Of a stretch of DNA of 43,091 nucleotides, positions 32,224 to 40,247 are shown in pieces (position 1 is the stretch's first letter; each line of letters begins with the position of its first letter). The stretch is from a phage, in NCBI GenBank assembly GCA_021146305.1, contig GCA_021146305.1_4336.1; one strand, written 5' to 3'. A program made the position numbers and the translations under genes. The notes beneath the pieces were generated by a model. That model saw only the letters and a program-made list of their open reading frames with translations. It had not been told where the DNA came from and ran no database searches.

Positions 32224-33461
32224 TTCTAAAAGAACGAGGCGGCAATAATGATGTACACGCCTTACTGTCACCGTCAGGCGCTAAAAAGTGGCTGTCATGC
32301 GCTGCGTCGCTGGCGTGTGAAAAAGATATCCCTAACACGTCGGGTAAAGCCGCGGTATTAGGAACCGCCATGCACACCATAGCTGAGGTCCATCTCAACG
32401 CCTATATACGCGGCACTGCGTTGCCGTTGGAGCGTGAAGTCGGCGCTTACGTACTGGATGAAGGCAAAGGTCAGATTAAGGCGCTAATCAGCCCGATGAA
32501 AGGCGCGGTACTGATTACGGCGGACATGATTGAGCAGGTGCGCAAGTACACCGACTACTGCAAAGCGATTATAGACGTAGCGACTTACGCCAAGCTGGAA
32601 ATGCGTGTCAATCTTACTGAGGTATTGCATCCGGGGTATGAAGGCGTTGAGACGTTCGGAACCGCTGACCTCGTTGCTGTCCAGGAACTGGCAAACACCG
32701 ACGAGCACATGCTCATTATCGGCGACCTGAAAACCGGGCGGCATCGCGTCGAAGCGAAAGAAAACAAGCAGCTTATGCTTTACGCGCTCGGTGTTTATCG
32801 TCGACTCAAGAGACGTTATAACATAACAACCGTTCGTCTGGTCATCTTCCAGCCTTACGCTGGGGGTGCGACAGAGTGGGGCATCTCGGTTGAAGGACTG
32901 GAACTGTTCGCTAAGTTCGCACAGAAACGCGCGCTGTTAGCGCTTGATGCGTATTTCCGTGGCAAGAAGAACCTGAAAGCGTCGGACTTCAAGCCGTCGG
33001 TAGATGGTTGTCAGTGGTGCCGGTTCTCTGAACAATGCGCTGCGCGTACAAAGACGGTTAATTCTGTACTGGCGGAAGAACTGGAAGACGACTTTGTGCT
33101 GGAACTGACGCCGGAGCAACTCGTAGCTGAGTATGAGAAGTTGCCGCTGTTGCGCCAGCACATCGACAAGGTTGAGAAAGCTATGGCGGCCGCGTTGCAT
33201 TCAGGTAAGAAAGTTCCTGGTTACAAGTTGGTTGAGGGCCGCCCGGGCAATCGTGCGTGGAAAGACGCAGAGAAAGTGGCTGGCAAGTATGGCATAGCGC
33301 TAATGAAGCAAGTGCTCATGACGCCAACCGAAGCGGCTAAAGTCATACCGGAAGATGAACTGAAAGACTTCATTACCCGTAAGCCAGGCGCACCATGTGT
33401 TGCAACGGCAGACGACAAACGTCCTGAGTGGAATAGGGTAACAGAGGAGGATTTAGAATGA
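32205..33461 (+). CDS. RecB-family (Cas4-like) exonuclease with Fe-S cysteine cluster
   Basis: 418 aa; PD-(D/E)xK signature (DLVAV ... EHMLIIGDLKTG) and Cys pattern C-x2-C-x5-C (CQWCRFSEQC) plus an N-terminal Cys, as in Cas4/AddB-type nucleases. Confidence 0.65.
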   Translation: MGEQSMILKERGGNNDVHALLSPSGAKKWLSCAASLACEKDIPNTSGKAAVLGTAMHTIAEVHLNAYIRGTALPLEREVGAYVLDEGKGQIKALISPMKGAVLITADMIEQVRKYTDYCKAIIDVATYAKLEMRVNLTEVLHPGYEGVETFGTADLVAVQELANTDEHMLIIGDLKTGRHRVEAKENKQLMLYALGVYRRLKRRYNITTVRLVIFQPYAGGATEWGISVEGLELFAKFAQKRALLALDAYFRGKKNLKASDFKPSVDGCQWCRFSEQCAARTKTVNSVLAEELEDDFVLELTPEQLVAEYEKLPLLRQHIDKVEKAMAAALHSGKKVPGYKLVEGRPGNRAWKDAEKVAGKYGIALMKQVLMTPTEAAKVIPEDELKDFITRKPGAPCVATADDKRPEWNRVTEEDLE

Positions 33462-33661
33462 TTCAAGTAAATGAAATGCCCACAGATAAAGATTTTGTGA
33501 TGATATGGCGCTGGGGCGGTTATATCCATTCGGAATCGTTTACGTTCCTGAACGGCACGATGGAGCGATACAACCATGTGGAGGATGAATTCGAACCCGT
33601 TGATATGAATGATTTCGAGAACATAGTCCGTATTGCGAAATTTTATTTGACACCTGAATAG
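33458..33661 (+). CDS. hypothetical acidic protein
   Basis: 67 aa; ATGA coupling to the exonuclease gene. Confidence 0.4.
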   Translation: MIQVNEMPTDKDFVMIWRWGGYIHSESFTFLNGTMERYNHVEDEFEPVDMNDFENIVRIAKFYLTPE

Positions 33662-33675
33662 TTAGCTATTATAGT
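33647..33675 (+). promoter_or_regulatory. sigma70-like promoter with operator palindrome
   Basis: TTGACA (33647-33652), 17-bp spacer, TATAGT (33670-33675); palindrome GAATAG-ttag-CTATTA (33656-33671); same architecture as the promoter at 31098-31126. Confidence 0.55.
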
Positions 33676-33742
33676 TCTAATCACTGGCCGGGCAGTTCCC
33701 GGAGTAAACTTTGAAATATAAACTGAAAAGCGAGAAATCAAG

Positions 33743-34369
33743 ATGGGTATTAAACTGAATCTGCGTAAAGTAAACACTGCTTGGGTTAACGTATTCGAAC
33801 GCGAAAAAGACCGTGAAAACGATGATGGCTCAATCACTAAAGGTCAGTACAGCGCAACCATTATCCTGCCGTCCGACCATGCTCAAATCGATGCGCTCTA
33901 CGACACTGTTTACGCTGTAGTTGAAGAAGCGTTGGGTGCTGCCGCTGCCGAGAAATGGATGAAGTCCAACTACGGCGAAGGTAAGCACATGGATAAATGC
34001 GCGATTAAAGACATTGCCGAGCGCGACAATCCATTTGAAGACTTCCCGGAGGGCTTCTACTTCAAAGCGAAGGCACAGAAGCAGCCGCTGATTGTAACCT
34101 CTAAAAAAGGTGAGACTCAGGTAGAACAGGACTTCAATGTAGACGGTGAACAGATTGAAGGTGAACAGGTTTACAGCGGCTGCGTCGCTAACGTAAGCGT
34201 TGAAATCTGGTTCAGCCAGAAATACAAAGTCCTCGGCGTTAACCTGCTGGCGATTAAATACGTTGGCGAAGGCAAAGCGTTCGGCGGTTCTAAAGTCGCT
34301 GCGAGCGTCAATGACCTGGAAGACGACGAAGAAGATGAAGCACCGCGCCGCGAACGTCGCCGCCGCTAA
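33743..34369 (+). CDS. single-stranded DNA-binding protein-like (tentative)
   Basis: 208 aa with acidic C-terminal tail (DLEDDEEDEAPRRERRRR); directly upstream of the DNA polymerase gene; assignment by analogy only. Confidence 0.4.
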   Translation: MGIKLNLRKVNTAWVNVFEREKDRENDDGSITKGQYSATIILPSDHAQIDALYDTVYAVVEEALGAAAAEKWMKSNYGEGKHMDKCAIKDIAERDNPFEDFPEGFYFKAKAQKQPLIVTSKKGETQVEQDFNVDGEQIEGEQVYSGCVANVSVEIWFSQKYKVLGVNLLAIKYVGEGKAFGGSKVAASVNDLEDDEEDEAPRRERRRR

Positions 34370-34388
34370 TATCTGAACCGATTTAACT

Positions 34389-34410
34389 AAGGCCCTTCAT
34401 TGGGCCTTTT
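34389..34410 (+). terminator. intrinsic terminator
   Basis: AAGGCCC-ttcatt-GGGCCTT hairpin followed by TTTTT. Confidence 0.75.
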
Positions 34411-34430
34411 TACTAAGGGTCGAAAATACC

Positions 34431-36614
34431 ATGCCAGAATTACTCTACTTAGACTTTGAAACCTACAGCGACATCGATTTAAAGAAAGTCGGTTCCTACG
34501 CTTACGCCGAACACCCGTCAACCGAAGTGCTTATCTGCACATATGCTTTTGATGACGAGCCTGTACAGGTATGGGATTGCACCGACGGCAGCGACATGCC
34601 GGGCGATTTGCACCGCGCGTTGCGTCGTCGGGTCAAACCCAACAGCCGTACCAAGATGGTGTGGCACAACGGCTCAATGTTCGACCGCCTCATCATGAAG
34701 AATTGCTGGGGCTTTGATATTCCGGTAAGCAACACCATTGATACGATGATTTGGGCGTTTCGCCACGCGCTGCCGGGTTCACTTGACGCATTGTGCGAAG
34801 TGCTTGGCGTGTCCGCCGACAACGCGAAAGACAAACGAGGCAAGGCGCTGATTCAGCGTTTCTCTAAACCGACGCCGAAGAACTACAAAATCCGCCGCTA
34901 CACCGCAGAAACTCACCCTGACGAGTGGGCGATGTTCATCAGGTACGCCGTGAGCGACATCACTGCGATGCGTGAAGTCTTCCATAAGCTGCCGCGTTGG
35001 GGTAACTCCGAGTTCGAAGACCGTGTACTGGAACTTGACCAGTTAATCAACGACCGCGGATTTAAGGTTGACGTCGCACTGGCGGAAGCCGCGATTGAAG
35101 CCGTAGAGAAGCACAAGGCACAGTTACAGGAAGAAGCTCAACGTAAATACGGCGGCTCGCTTACCGGTAAAGACTTCCTTCCGATTCTGCGTGAACTTGC
35201 GCCCGCGCACCGCATACACAATGCACAGAAGTCGACGCTTAACGACCTGTTGGCAGATGATGATTTACCGGACGACGCCCGGATGATTATCGAAATGCGC
35301 CTCGGGGCCGCGTCAACAGCGTCCACGAAATATAACCCGCTGCTGTTAGGCCGCTCGTCGGACGACCGACGCCGCGGTTGTATCCAGTACGGTGGGGCAA
35401 AGCGTACGTTACGGTTCGCGGGTAAAGGCTTCCAGCCACAGAACCTGGCGCGTGGGTACTATCACGATGATGAACTGGATAAAGGCATTTCAGCGTTACT
35501 TAAGGGCCGGGCGCACCGCCGATTTGACGTAGCCAAGCTGACGGCATCTACCGTTCGTAGCTGCATTATACCGGAAGCTGGGCATAAGTTTGTCGTCGCC
35601 GATTACTCTAACGTTGAGGGTCGCGGGCTTGCGTGGCTGGCAGGCGAAGAAACCGCGCTAGATACGTTCCGCGCCGGACTGGATATTTACTGCGTAACAG
35701 CAGGTAAGATGTTTGGCATGGAGCCGGATTACATTAAGAAAGAACGTAAAGACTTACGCCAGATTGGTAAAGCCTGCGAATTGGGCCTCGGATACGCGGG
35801 CGGTGTCGGTGCTTTCGTTCAGTTCGCTAAAAACCTCGGCCTTGACCTGGTTGATATGGCTAAAACAATGGACGGTACTTTCCCGGACCATATATGGGCC
35901 GCTACTGCACGCGGATATGAATGGGCGCGTATTCAGGAAGCAAAGCGACCGCCGCATCCGGGTGAAAAGGATGACCGACCATCATATATTCTTGATAAGA
36001 AAGTGTGGCGCACCTGTGACGCTATCAAGCGCATGTGGCGCGAGTCCCACCCGGAAACAGTAGCGTTCTGGCGGGATATTGAAGACGCCGCTATGGCAGC
36101 TATCCGCAATCCAGGTAAAGAGTTCACTGCGGGACCGCGGGGTGTTAAGTTTTCGCGTAACGTAGAAACGGACAACAACGGCAACAAAGTCGCTGGTTGG
36201 TGGTTGCGCATGACGTTGCCGTCGGGTCGCGTTATGTCTTATCCGGGCGTCGGGTTGAGCGTGTCGAAAGAAACAGATGGAGACGGGAAGGTGTCTACTA
36301 ACGTGCGCATAAAGTACCAGGGCGAAAACCAGTTAACCAGGCAGTGGGGCTTCCAGTACACCTACTCTGGTAAACTGGTGGAAAACTGTACTCAGGCGCT
36401 GTGCCGTGATTTGCTGGCTAACGCCCTGCTGAACGTAGAAGCAAACGGATACCCGATTGTGCTTCACGTACACGATGAGATTATCTGCGAGACACCAGAT
36501 TTACCAGAATACAATGTTGCAGAGCTTGAGCGGTTGATGTGCGAATTACCGGAATGGGCTGAGGGGTTCCCTCTTGTAGCAGAAGGTGCGGAGATGAAGC
36601 GTTATGCTAAGTAA
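34431..36614 (+). CDS. family A DNA polymerase with 3'-5' exonuclease domain
   Basis: 727 aa; Exo I-like YLDFETYSD; polymerase motif A VVADYSNVEGR, motif B RQIGKACELGLGYAGG, motif C HVHDEI. Confidence 0.85.
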   Translation: MPELLYLDFETYSDIDLKKVGSYAYAEHPSTEVLICTYAFDDEPVQVWDCTDGSDMPGDLHRALRRRVKPNSRTKMVWHNGSMFDRLIMKNCWGFDIPVSNTIDTMIWAFRHALPGSLDALCEVLGVSADNAKDKRGKALIQRFSKPTPKNYKIRRYTAETHPDEWAMFIRYAVSDITAMREVFHKLPRWGNSEFEDRVLELDQLINDRGFKVDVALAEAAIEAVEKHKAQLQEEAQRKYGGSLTGKDFLPILRELAPAHRIHNAQKSTLNDLLADDDLPDDARMIIEMRLGAASTASTKYNPLLLGRSSDDRRRGCIQYGGAKRTLRFAGKGFQPQNLARGYYHDDELDKGISALLKGRAHRRFDVAKLTASTVRSCIIPEAGHKFVVADYSNVEGRGLAWLAGEETALDTFRAGLDIYCVTAGKMFGMEPDYIKKERKDLRQIGKACELGLGYAGGVGAFVQFAKNLGLDLVDMAKTMDGTFPDHIWAATARGYEWARIQEAKRPPHPGEKDDRPSYILDKKVWRTCDAIKRMWRESHPETVAFWRDIEDAAMAAIRNPGKEFTAGPRGVKFSRNVETDNNGNKVAGWWLRMTLPSGRVMSYPGVGLSVSKETDGDGKVSTNVRIKYQGENQLTRQWGFQYTYSGKLVENCTQALCRDLLANALLNVEANGYPIVLHVHDEIICETPDLPEYNVAELERLMCELPEWAEGFPLVAEGAEMKRYAK

Positions 36615-36735
36615 ACTGATTATCGCGGTACTGGCGGGATTCGCCGCCGGTGTCTATTGTCACGAGGGCCAATACGGCATGATGGTCGCCGTATTGGGTA
36701 TGTTAGTAGCAATTTATCTGTGGGTGCTGGAATGA
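36604..36735 (+). CDS. micro-peptide, hydrophobic
   Basis: 43 aa (MLSKLIIAVLAGFAAGVYCHEGQYGMMVAVLGMLVAIYLWVLE); overlaps the polymerase stop. Confidence 0.3.
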   Translation: MLSKLIIAVLAGFAAGVYCHEGQYGMMVAVLGMLVAIYLWVLE

Positions 36736-36821
36736 AAATTTACTGGTTATACGAAGAAGACTGCCGAATCTGTCCGCGCTGCGGGATTGAGCATACGAAA
36801 CGTGAGGGGTGTGTATTATGA
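36732..36821 (+). CDS. micro-peptide with CxxC motifs
   Basis: 29 aa (MKIYWLYEEDCRICPRCGIEHTKREGCVL); ATGA coupling. Confidence 0.3.
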   Translation: MKIYWLYEEDCRICPRCGIEHTKREGCVL

Positions 36822-36967
36822 CAATGTTTGTATTTAGGACCATAGTAACCATGCTCGCACTGTTACTCGGCGCGGGAATAGCTGCGATGTTCTGTTACGG
36901 CCTGTTCTTTAAGTTTGTTGGCGTTGCCGTTCTCGGAGGAGCGTTTATAACCTGGGTTCTGCGCTCA
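36818..36967 (+). CDS. micro-peptide, membrane
   Basis: 49 aa, two hydrophobic segments; ATGA coupling on both sides. Confidence 0.35.
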
Positions 36968-37251
36968 TGACCCCGGAAGGCAAGATTCAGAAATACGCAA
37001 AAGAGCAATTCGAGGCCATTGGCGGCCTCGTTCGTAAACTTTCGTACGAGGGGCGCTCCGGCGCCCCTGACCTGCTGGTAATTCTCCCCGGCGGCATCGT
37101 CTGGTTCGTCGAGGTTAAGAAAGACGAAAACACGAAGCCAGACACGCACCAGTTACGTGAGCATGAGCGGATGCGTAAACGCGGTGCAAATGTTTTTGTC
37201 GTTGGTTCGTTCAAACAGGTTGACGACCTAATAGCGAACTATTATAGTTAA
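36967..37251 (+). CDS. VRR-NUC domain nuclease
   Basis: 94 aa; PD-(D/E)xK core GAPDLLVILPGG...VEVKK typical of VRR-NUC. Confidence 0.6.
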   Translation: MTPEGKIQKYAKEQFEAIGGLVRKLSYEGRSGAPDLLVILPGGIVWFVEVKKDENTKPDTHQLREHERMRKRGANVFVVGSFKQVDDLIANYYS

Positions 37252-37281
37252 TCACACACCAACAATATAAGGAATTGAGAA

Positions 37282-37473
37282 ATGAAACACGAATATGACC
37301 GTAAACCAGCACGTGACATCGTACCGGGTGACATGATTTTCAACGTTAAGACCCGCCAGCCTGTTGCCGTTGATACTGTGTTCGTCGAGTCAAACGGTAA
37401 ACTGGTTATCGAAGATGTAACTGGTAACGTTACGGCGTTCGGGCGTAAAGAGCTGGTGCTGGTGGCAAAATGA
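37282..37473 (+). CDS. hypothetical protein
   Basis: 63 aa; AGGAA RBS. Confidence 0.45.
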   Translation: MKHEYDRKPARDIVPGDMIFNVKTRQPVAVDTVFVESNGKLVIEDVTGNVTAFGRKELVLVAK

Positions 37474-38153
37474 TTGTCTGGTCATTGTTTGACGGTTCGG
37501 GCCTTATGGCCCAACCGTGGGCAGAAGCGGGCCATACTTGCTATTGTTTCAACTACGACGGTGCCGACCACGGCGACTACGCGCGATTGGGCGCAAAAGT
37601 TGAACACGAGAACATCCACTATATAAACGCGTGGATTGATAATAAGTTCGACTTCGAGGTTTCGCCAGATATTATTTTTGCGTTCCCTCCTTGCACAGAT
37701 TTAGCCGTTAGTGGTGCGGCGCATTTCGAAACGAAGCGTAAGAAGAACCCAACGTTTCAGGTAGAGGCTGTTATCACATGCAAAGTGGCGGCACGCCTGG
37801 CTAAAAGGTATAACGTACCTTATATGATTGAGAACCCAGTTAGCGTCCTCTCGTCTTTGTGGCGTAAGCCCGATTATGTGTTCAATCCTTACGAATACGG
37901 CGGCTATCTACCGGAAGACGATACGCATCCAATGTTCCCTGAATACATAAAACCCCGAGACGCGTACCCTAAAAAGACATGTCTTTGGACGGGTAATGGT
38001 TTCGTAATGCCGGTTAAGTCAGGTGTTGCCGTGGGTGATGGGTATTCTGACCGGCACAACAAACTTGGTGGTAAATCAGTGCGGACAAAAACAATCCGCA
38101 GCCTTACTCCTCGGGGTTTCGCAAAAGCAGTTTACGAGGCTAATCATGTCTAA
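37470..38153 (+). CDS. compact DNA (cytosine-5)-methyltransferase-like protein
   Basis: 227 aa; motif I LFDGSG, motif IV FAFPPC (candidate catalytic Cys), motif VI ENP; shorter than typical C5-MTases with no obvious target-recognition domain. Confidence 0.5.
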   Translation: MIVWSLFDGSGLMAQPWAEAGHTCYCFNYDGADHGDYARLGAKVEHENIHYINAWIDNKFDFEVSPDIIFAFPPCTDLAVSGAAHFETKRKKNPTFQVEAVITCKVAARLAKRYNVPYMIENPVSVLSSLWRKPDYVFNPYEYGGYLPEDDTHPMFPEYIKPRDAYPKKTCLWTGNGFVMPVKSGVAVGDGYSDRHNKLGGKSVRTKTIRSLTPRGFAKAVYEANHV

Positions 38154-39570
38154 GTTTCAAAGGCGCGAATATCAGAAGCTCATGACTTCGTTCATGCTAC
38201 AGCATCCGCGCTGTAATATCTGGTGCGGCATGGGAGGGGGCAAAACCTCCTCAACTATGTGGGTGCTTAATCGCCTGTTTCGCAACGGGCAGCTTACAGA
38301 AGATGACCGCGTGTTAATCCTCGCCCCGTTACGTGTTGCGTCCGGTACGTGGCCCGCTGAACAAGAGAAATGGCAATTCCCTTGTCTGCGTGTCGTAGAT
38401 GCAACTGGTTCGGAGAAGCGCCGCATCGCAGCGCTGGAGTCAGATGCTAACGTGGTGTGCACTAACTACGAAGTTATCGAGTGGCTAATTGACTACTACG
38501 GCAAAGACGACTGGCCTTTTACGGTTATCGTTGCCGATGAAAGCACGAAGCTTAAATCGTTCCGCAGCCGTTCGGGTGGTAGCAAGCGGGCAAAGGCGCT
38601 CAGCAAGGTTGCGTTCGGAAAGGTTAAGCGTTTCATCAACCTGACAGGCACACCGTCACCAAACGGCCTCAAAGACTTGTGGGGTCAGAACTGGTTTATC
38701 GACGCTGGCGAGCGCCTCGGCTCTTCGTACACAGCATTCACCGACCGCTGGTTTAACTCGGTACAGAAAGGTAAATCGGCCATGGCCCGCGAGTATCATG
38801 CACGACCGGGTGCGGATAATGAGATTCATCAGAAGATGAAAGACATCAGCCTGACCATAGACCCTGCCGAGTGGTTTGGTTGTGAAGCGCCTGTTATCGT
38901 ACCGGTGGAAATAGACCTGCCGAAGAAAGCGCGTCAGGCGTACATAGATATGGAGGAGAAGTTATTCGCAGAACTGGAGAGCGGGGAAGTTGAAGCGGCT
39001 AACGCTGCGGCGAAGACCTCAAAGTGCTTGCAGATTGCATCTGGTGCTGTATATGTATCCGGGCCAGACGGCGAAGCAACCAAAGAATGGGAGAAAGTGC
39101 ACGACACGAAACTGGATGCGCTCGAGTCGATTGTTGAGGAGTTGCAGGGTGCGCCGTTGCTGGTAGCCTATCAGTTTAAACACGAACTGGAGCGTATCCT
39201 TAAGCGATTCCCACAGGCACAGGCGTTCGCCAAAGGCGCTAGGGGGAACAAGCAGATGGAAGCGTGGAACCGTGGGGAAATCGAGATTTTATGCGTGCAT
39301 CCTGCGTCAGCCGGGCATGGTTTGAATTTACAGGACGGGGGTCATCATCTGGCGTTCGTCTCGCAAGGCTGGAACCTTGAGCACTATTTGCAGGTTGTTG
39401 AGCGCATAGGCCCAGTCCGCCAGAAACAGGCGGGTCACGAGCGCCCGGTGTTCCTTTATCACATCGTTGCTAAAGACACTCTGGACGAGGTTGTCGCCGC
39501 GCGTACCGACGAGAAGAAATCGGTACAGGAAGAGTTGCTTAATTACATGAAGAGACGAGGTAAGAAATGA
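38146..39570 (+). CDS. SNF2-family (DEAD-like) helicase
   Basis: 474 aa from ATG 38146 (GAGG RBS); Walker A GMGGGKT, DEST box, LTGTP motif; the track ORF starts upstream at 38023 in the same frame. Confidence 0.75.
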   Translation: MSKFQRREYQKLMTSFMLQHPRCNIWCGMGGGKTSSTMWVLNRLFRNGQLTEDDRVLILAPLRVASGTWPAEQEKWQFPCLRVVDATGSEKRRIAALESDANVVCTNYEVIEWLIDYYGKDDWPFTVIVADESTKLKSFRSRSGGSKRAKALSKVAFGKVKRFINLTGTPSPNGLKDLWGQNWFIDAGERLGSSYTAFTDRWFNSVQKGKSAMAREYHARPGADNEIHQKMKDISLTIDPAEWFGCEAPVIVPVEIDLPKKARQAYIDMEEKLFAELESGEVEAANAAAKTSKCLQIASGAVYVSGPDGEATKEWEKVHDTKLDALESIVEELQGAPLLVAYQFKHELERILKRFPQAQAFAKGARGNKQMEAWNRGEIEILCVHPASAGHGLNLQDGGHHLAFVSQGWNLEHYLQVVERIGPVRQKQAGHERPVFLYHIVAKDTLDEVVAARTDEKKSVQEELLNYMKRRGKK

Positions 39571-40082
39571 TGGATTTCGAAGAGTTTCTACTTAAAGCTC
39601 ATCTGCTGGCGCGTGGGTTTGACGCTGACCGTCTCCAGGTAGTCTTAGCCCCTGGAGTAGCTACGTTTTACCTGTGGGGGTTTGACGGTAGGCTTCGCGG
39701 ATACCAGCATTACAAACCACATGCCGAAAAGAACTGTAAAAACCCTAAAGACGCGCGGTACTTTACCAGAACAACAAGGCCGTGTTTATGGGGGCTTGAG
39801 TATTTGCCGGAAAGCGGGGTGGTATTTGTTACCGAAAGCATATTCAAAGCCGTAGCCTTGATGAATTGCGGGTTCAATGCTGTAAGCGCACTGGGGTCAA
39901 ATATATCAACAGACCTACGGCAGCAAATGTCACTTTTGCCGTATGACTGGGTGTGCGCTGGCGACAATGATAAAGCTGGATTAAAGTTCAGCAAAACATT
40001 CACCAGAGGATTTGTATCTAACGACCTTGATGAACTTTGTGAAGAAGAAATAACGTATCTTGCGAGGAAATTTACCAGATGA
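39567..40082 (+). CDS. TOPRIM-domain (DnaG-like) primase protein
   Basis: 171 aa; acidic TOPRIM-like motifs VFVTES and CAGDNDKAG. Confidence 0.5.
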   Translation: MMDFEEFLLKAHLLARGFDADRLQVVLAPGVATFYLWGFDGRLRGYQHYKPHAEKNCKNPKDARYFTRTTRPCLWGLEYLPESGVVFVTESIFKAVALMNCGFNAVSALGSNISTDLRQQMSLLPYDWVCAGDNDKAGLKFSKTFTRGFVSNDLDELCEEEITYLARKFTR

Positions 40083-40216
40083 ACATCATAGCCCCAATTC
40101 CGGCATTGCAAAAACGTATCAAGGAACTCGAAGAAGAGGTTCTGCGGCTACGTCAGCAAAGAGACGCCGCTAATGCGCAACTGGCGTTTGTACTGGAGAA
40201 GTTATCAGAAGAGTAG
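40079..40216 (+). CDS. small coiled-coil protein
   Basis: 45 aa (MNIIAPIPALQKRIKELEEEVLRLRQQRDAANAQLAFVLEKLSEE); ATGA coupling. Confidence 0.35.
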   Translation: MNIIAPIPALQKRIKELEEEVLRLRQQRDAANAQLAFVLEKLSEE

Positions 40217-40247
40217 AGAAAAGGCCCCGTTTGGGGCCTTAGTTTAT
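40217..40247. terminator. bidirectional intrinsic terminator
   Basis: AAGGCCCC-gttt-GGGGCCTT (40221-40240) then T-rich tract; separates the rightward replication operon from the convergent tailspike gene. Confidence 0.85.
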
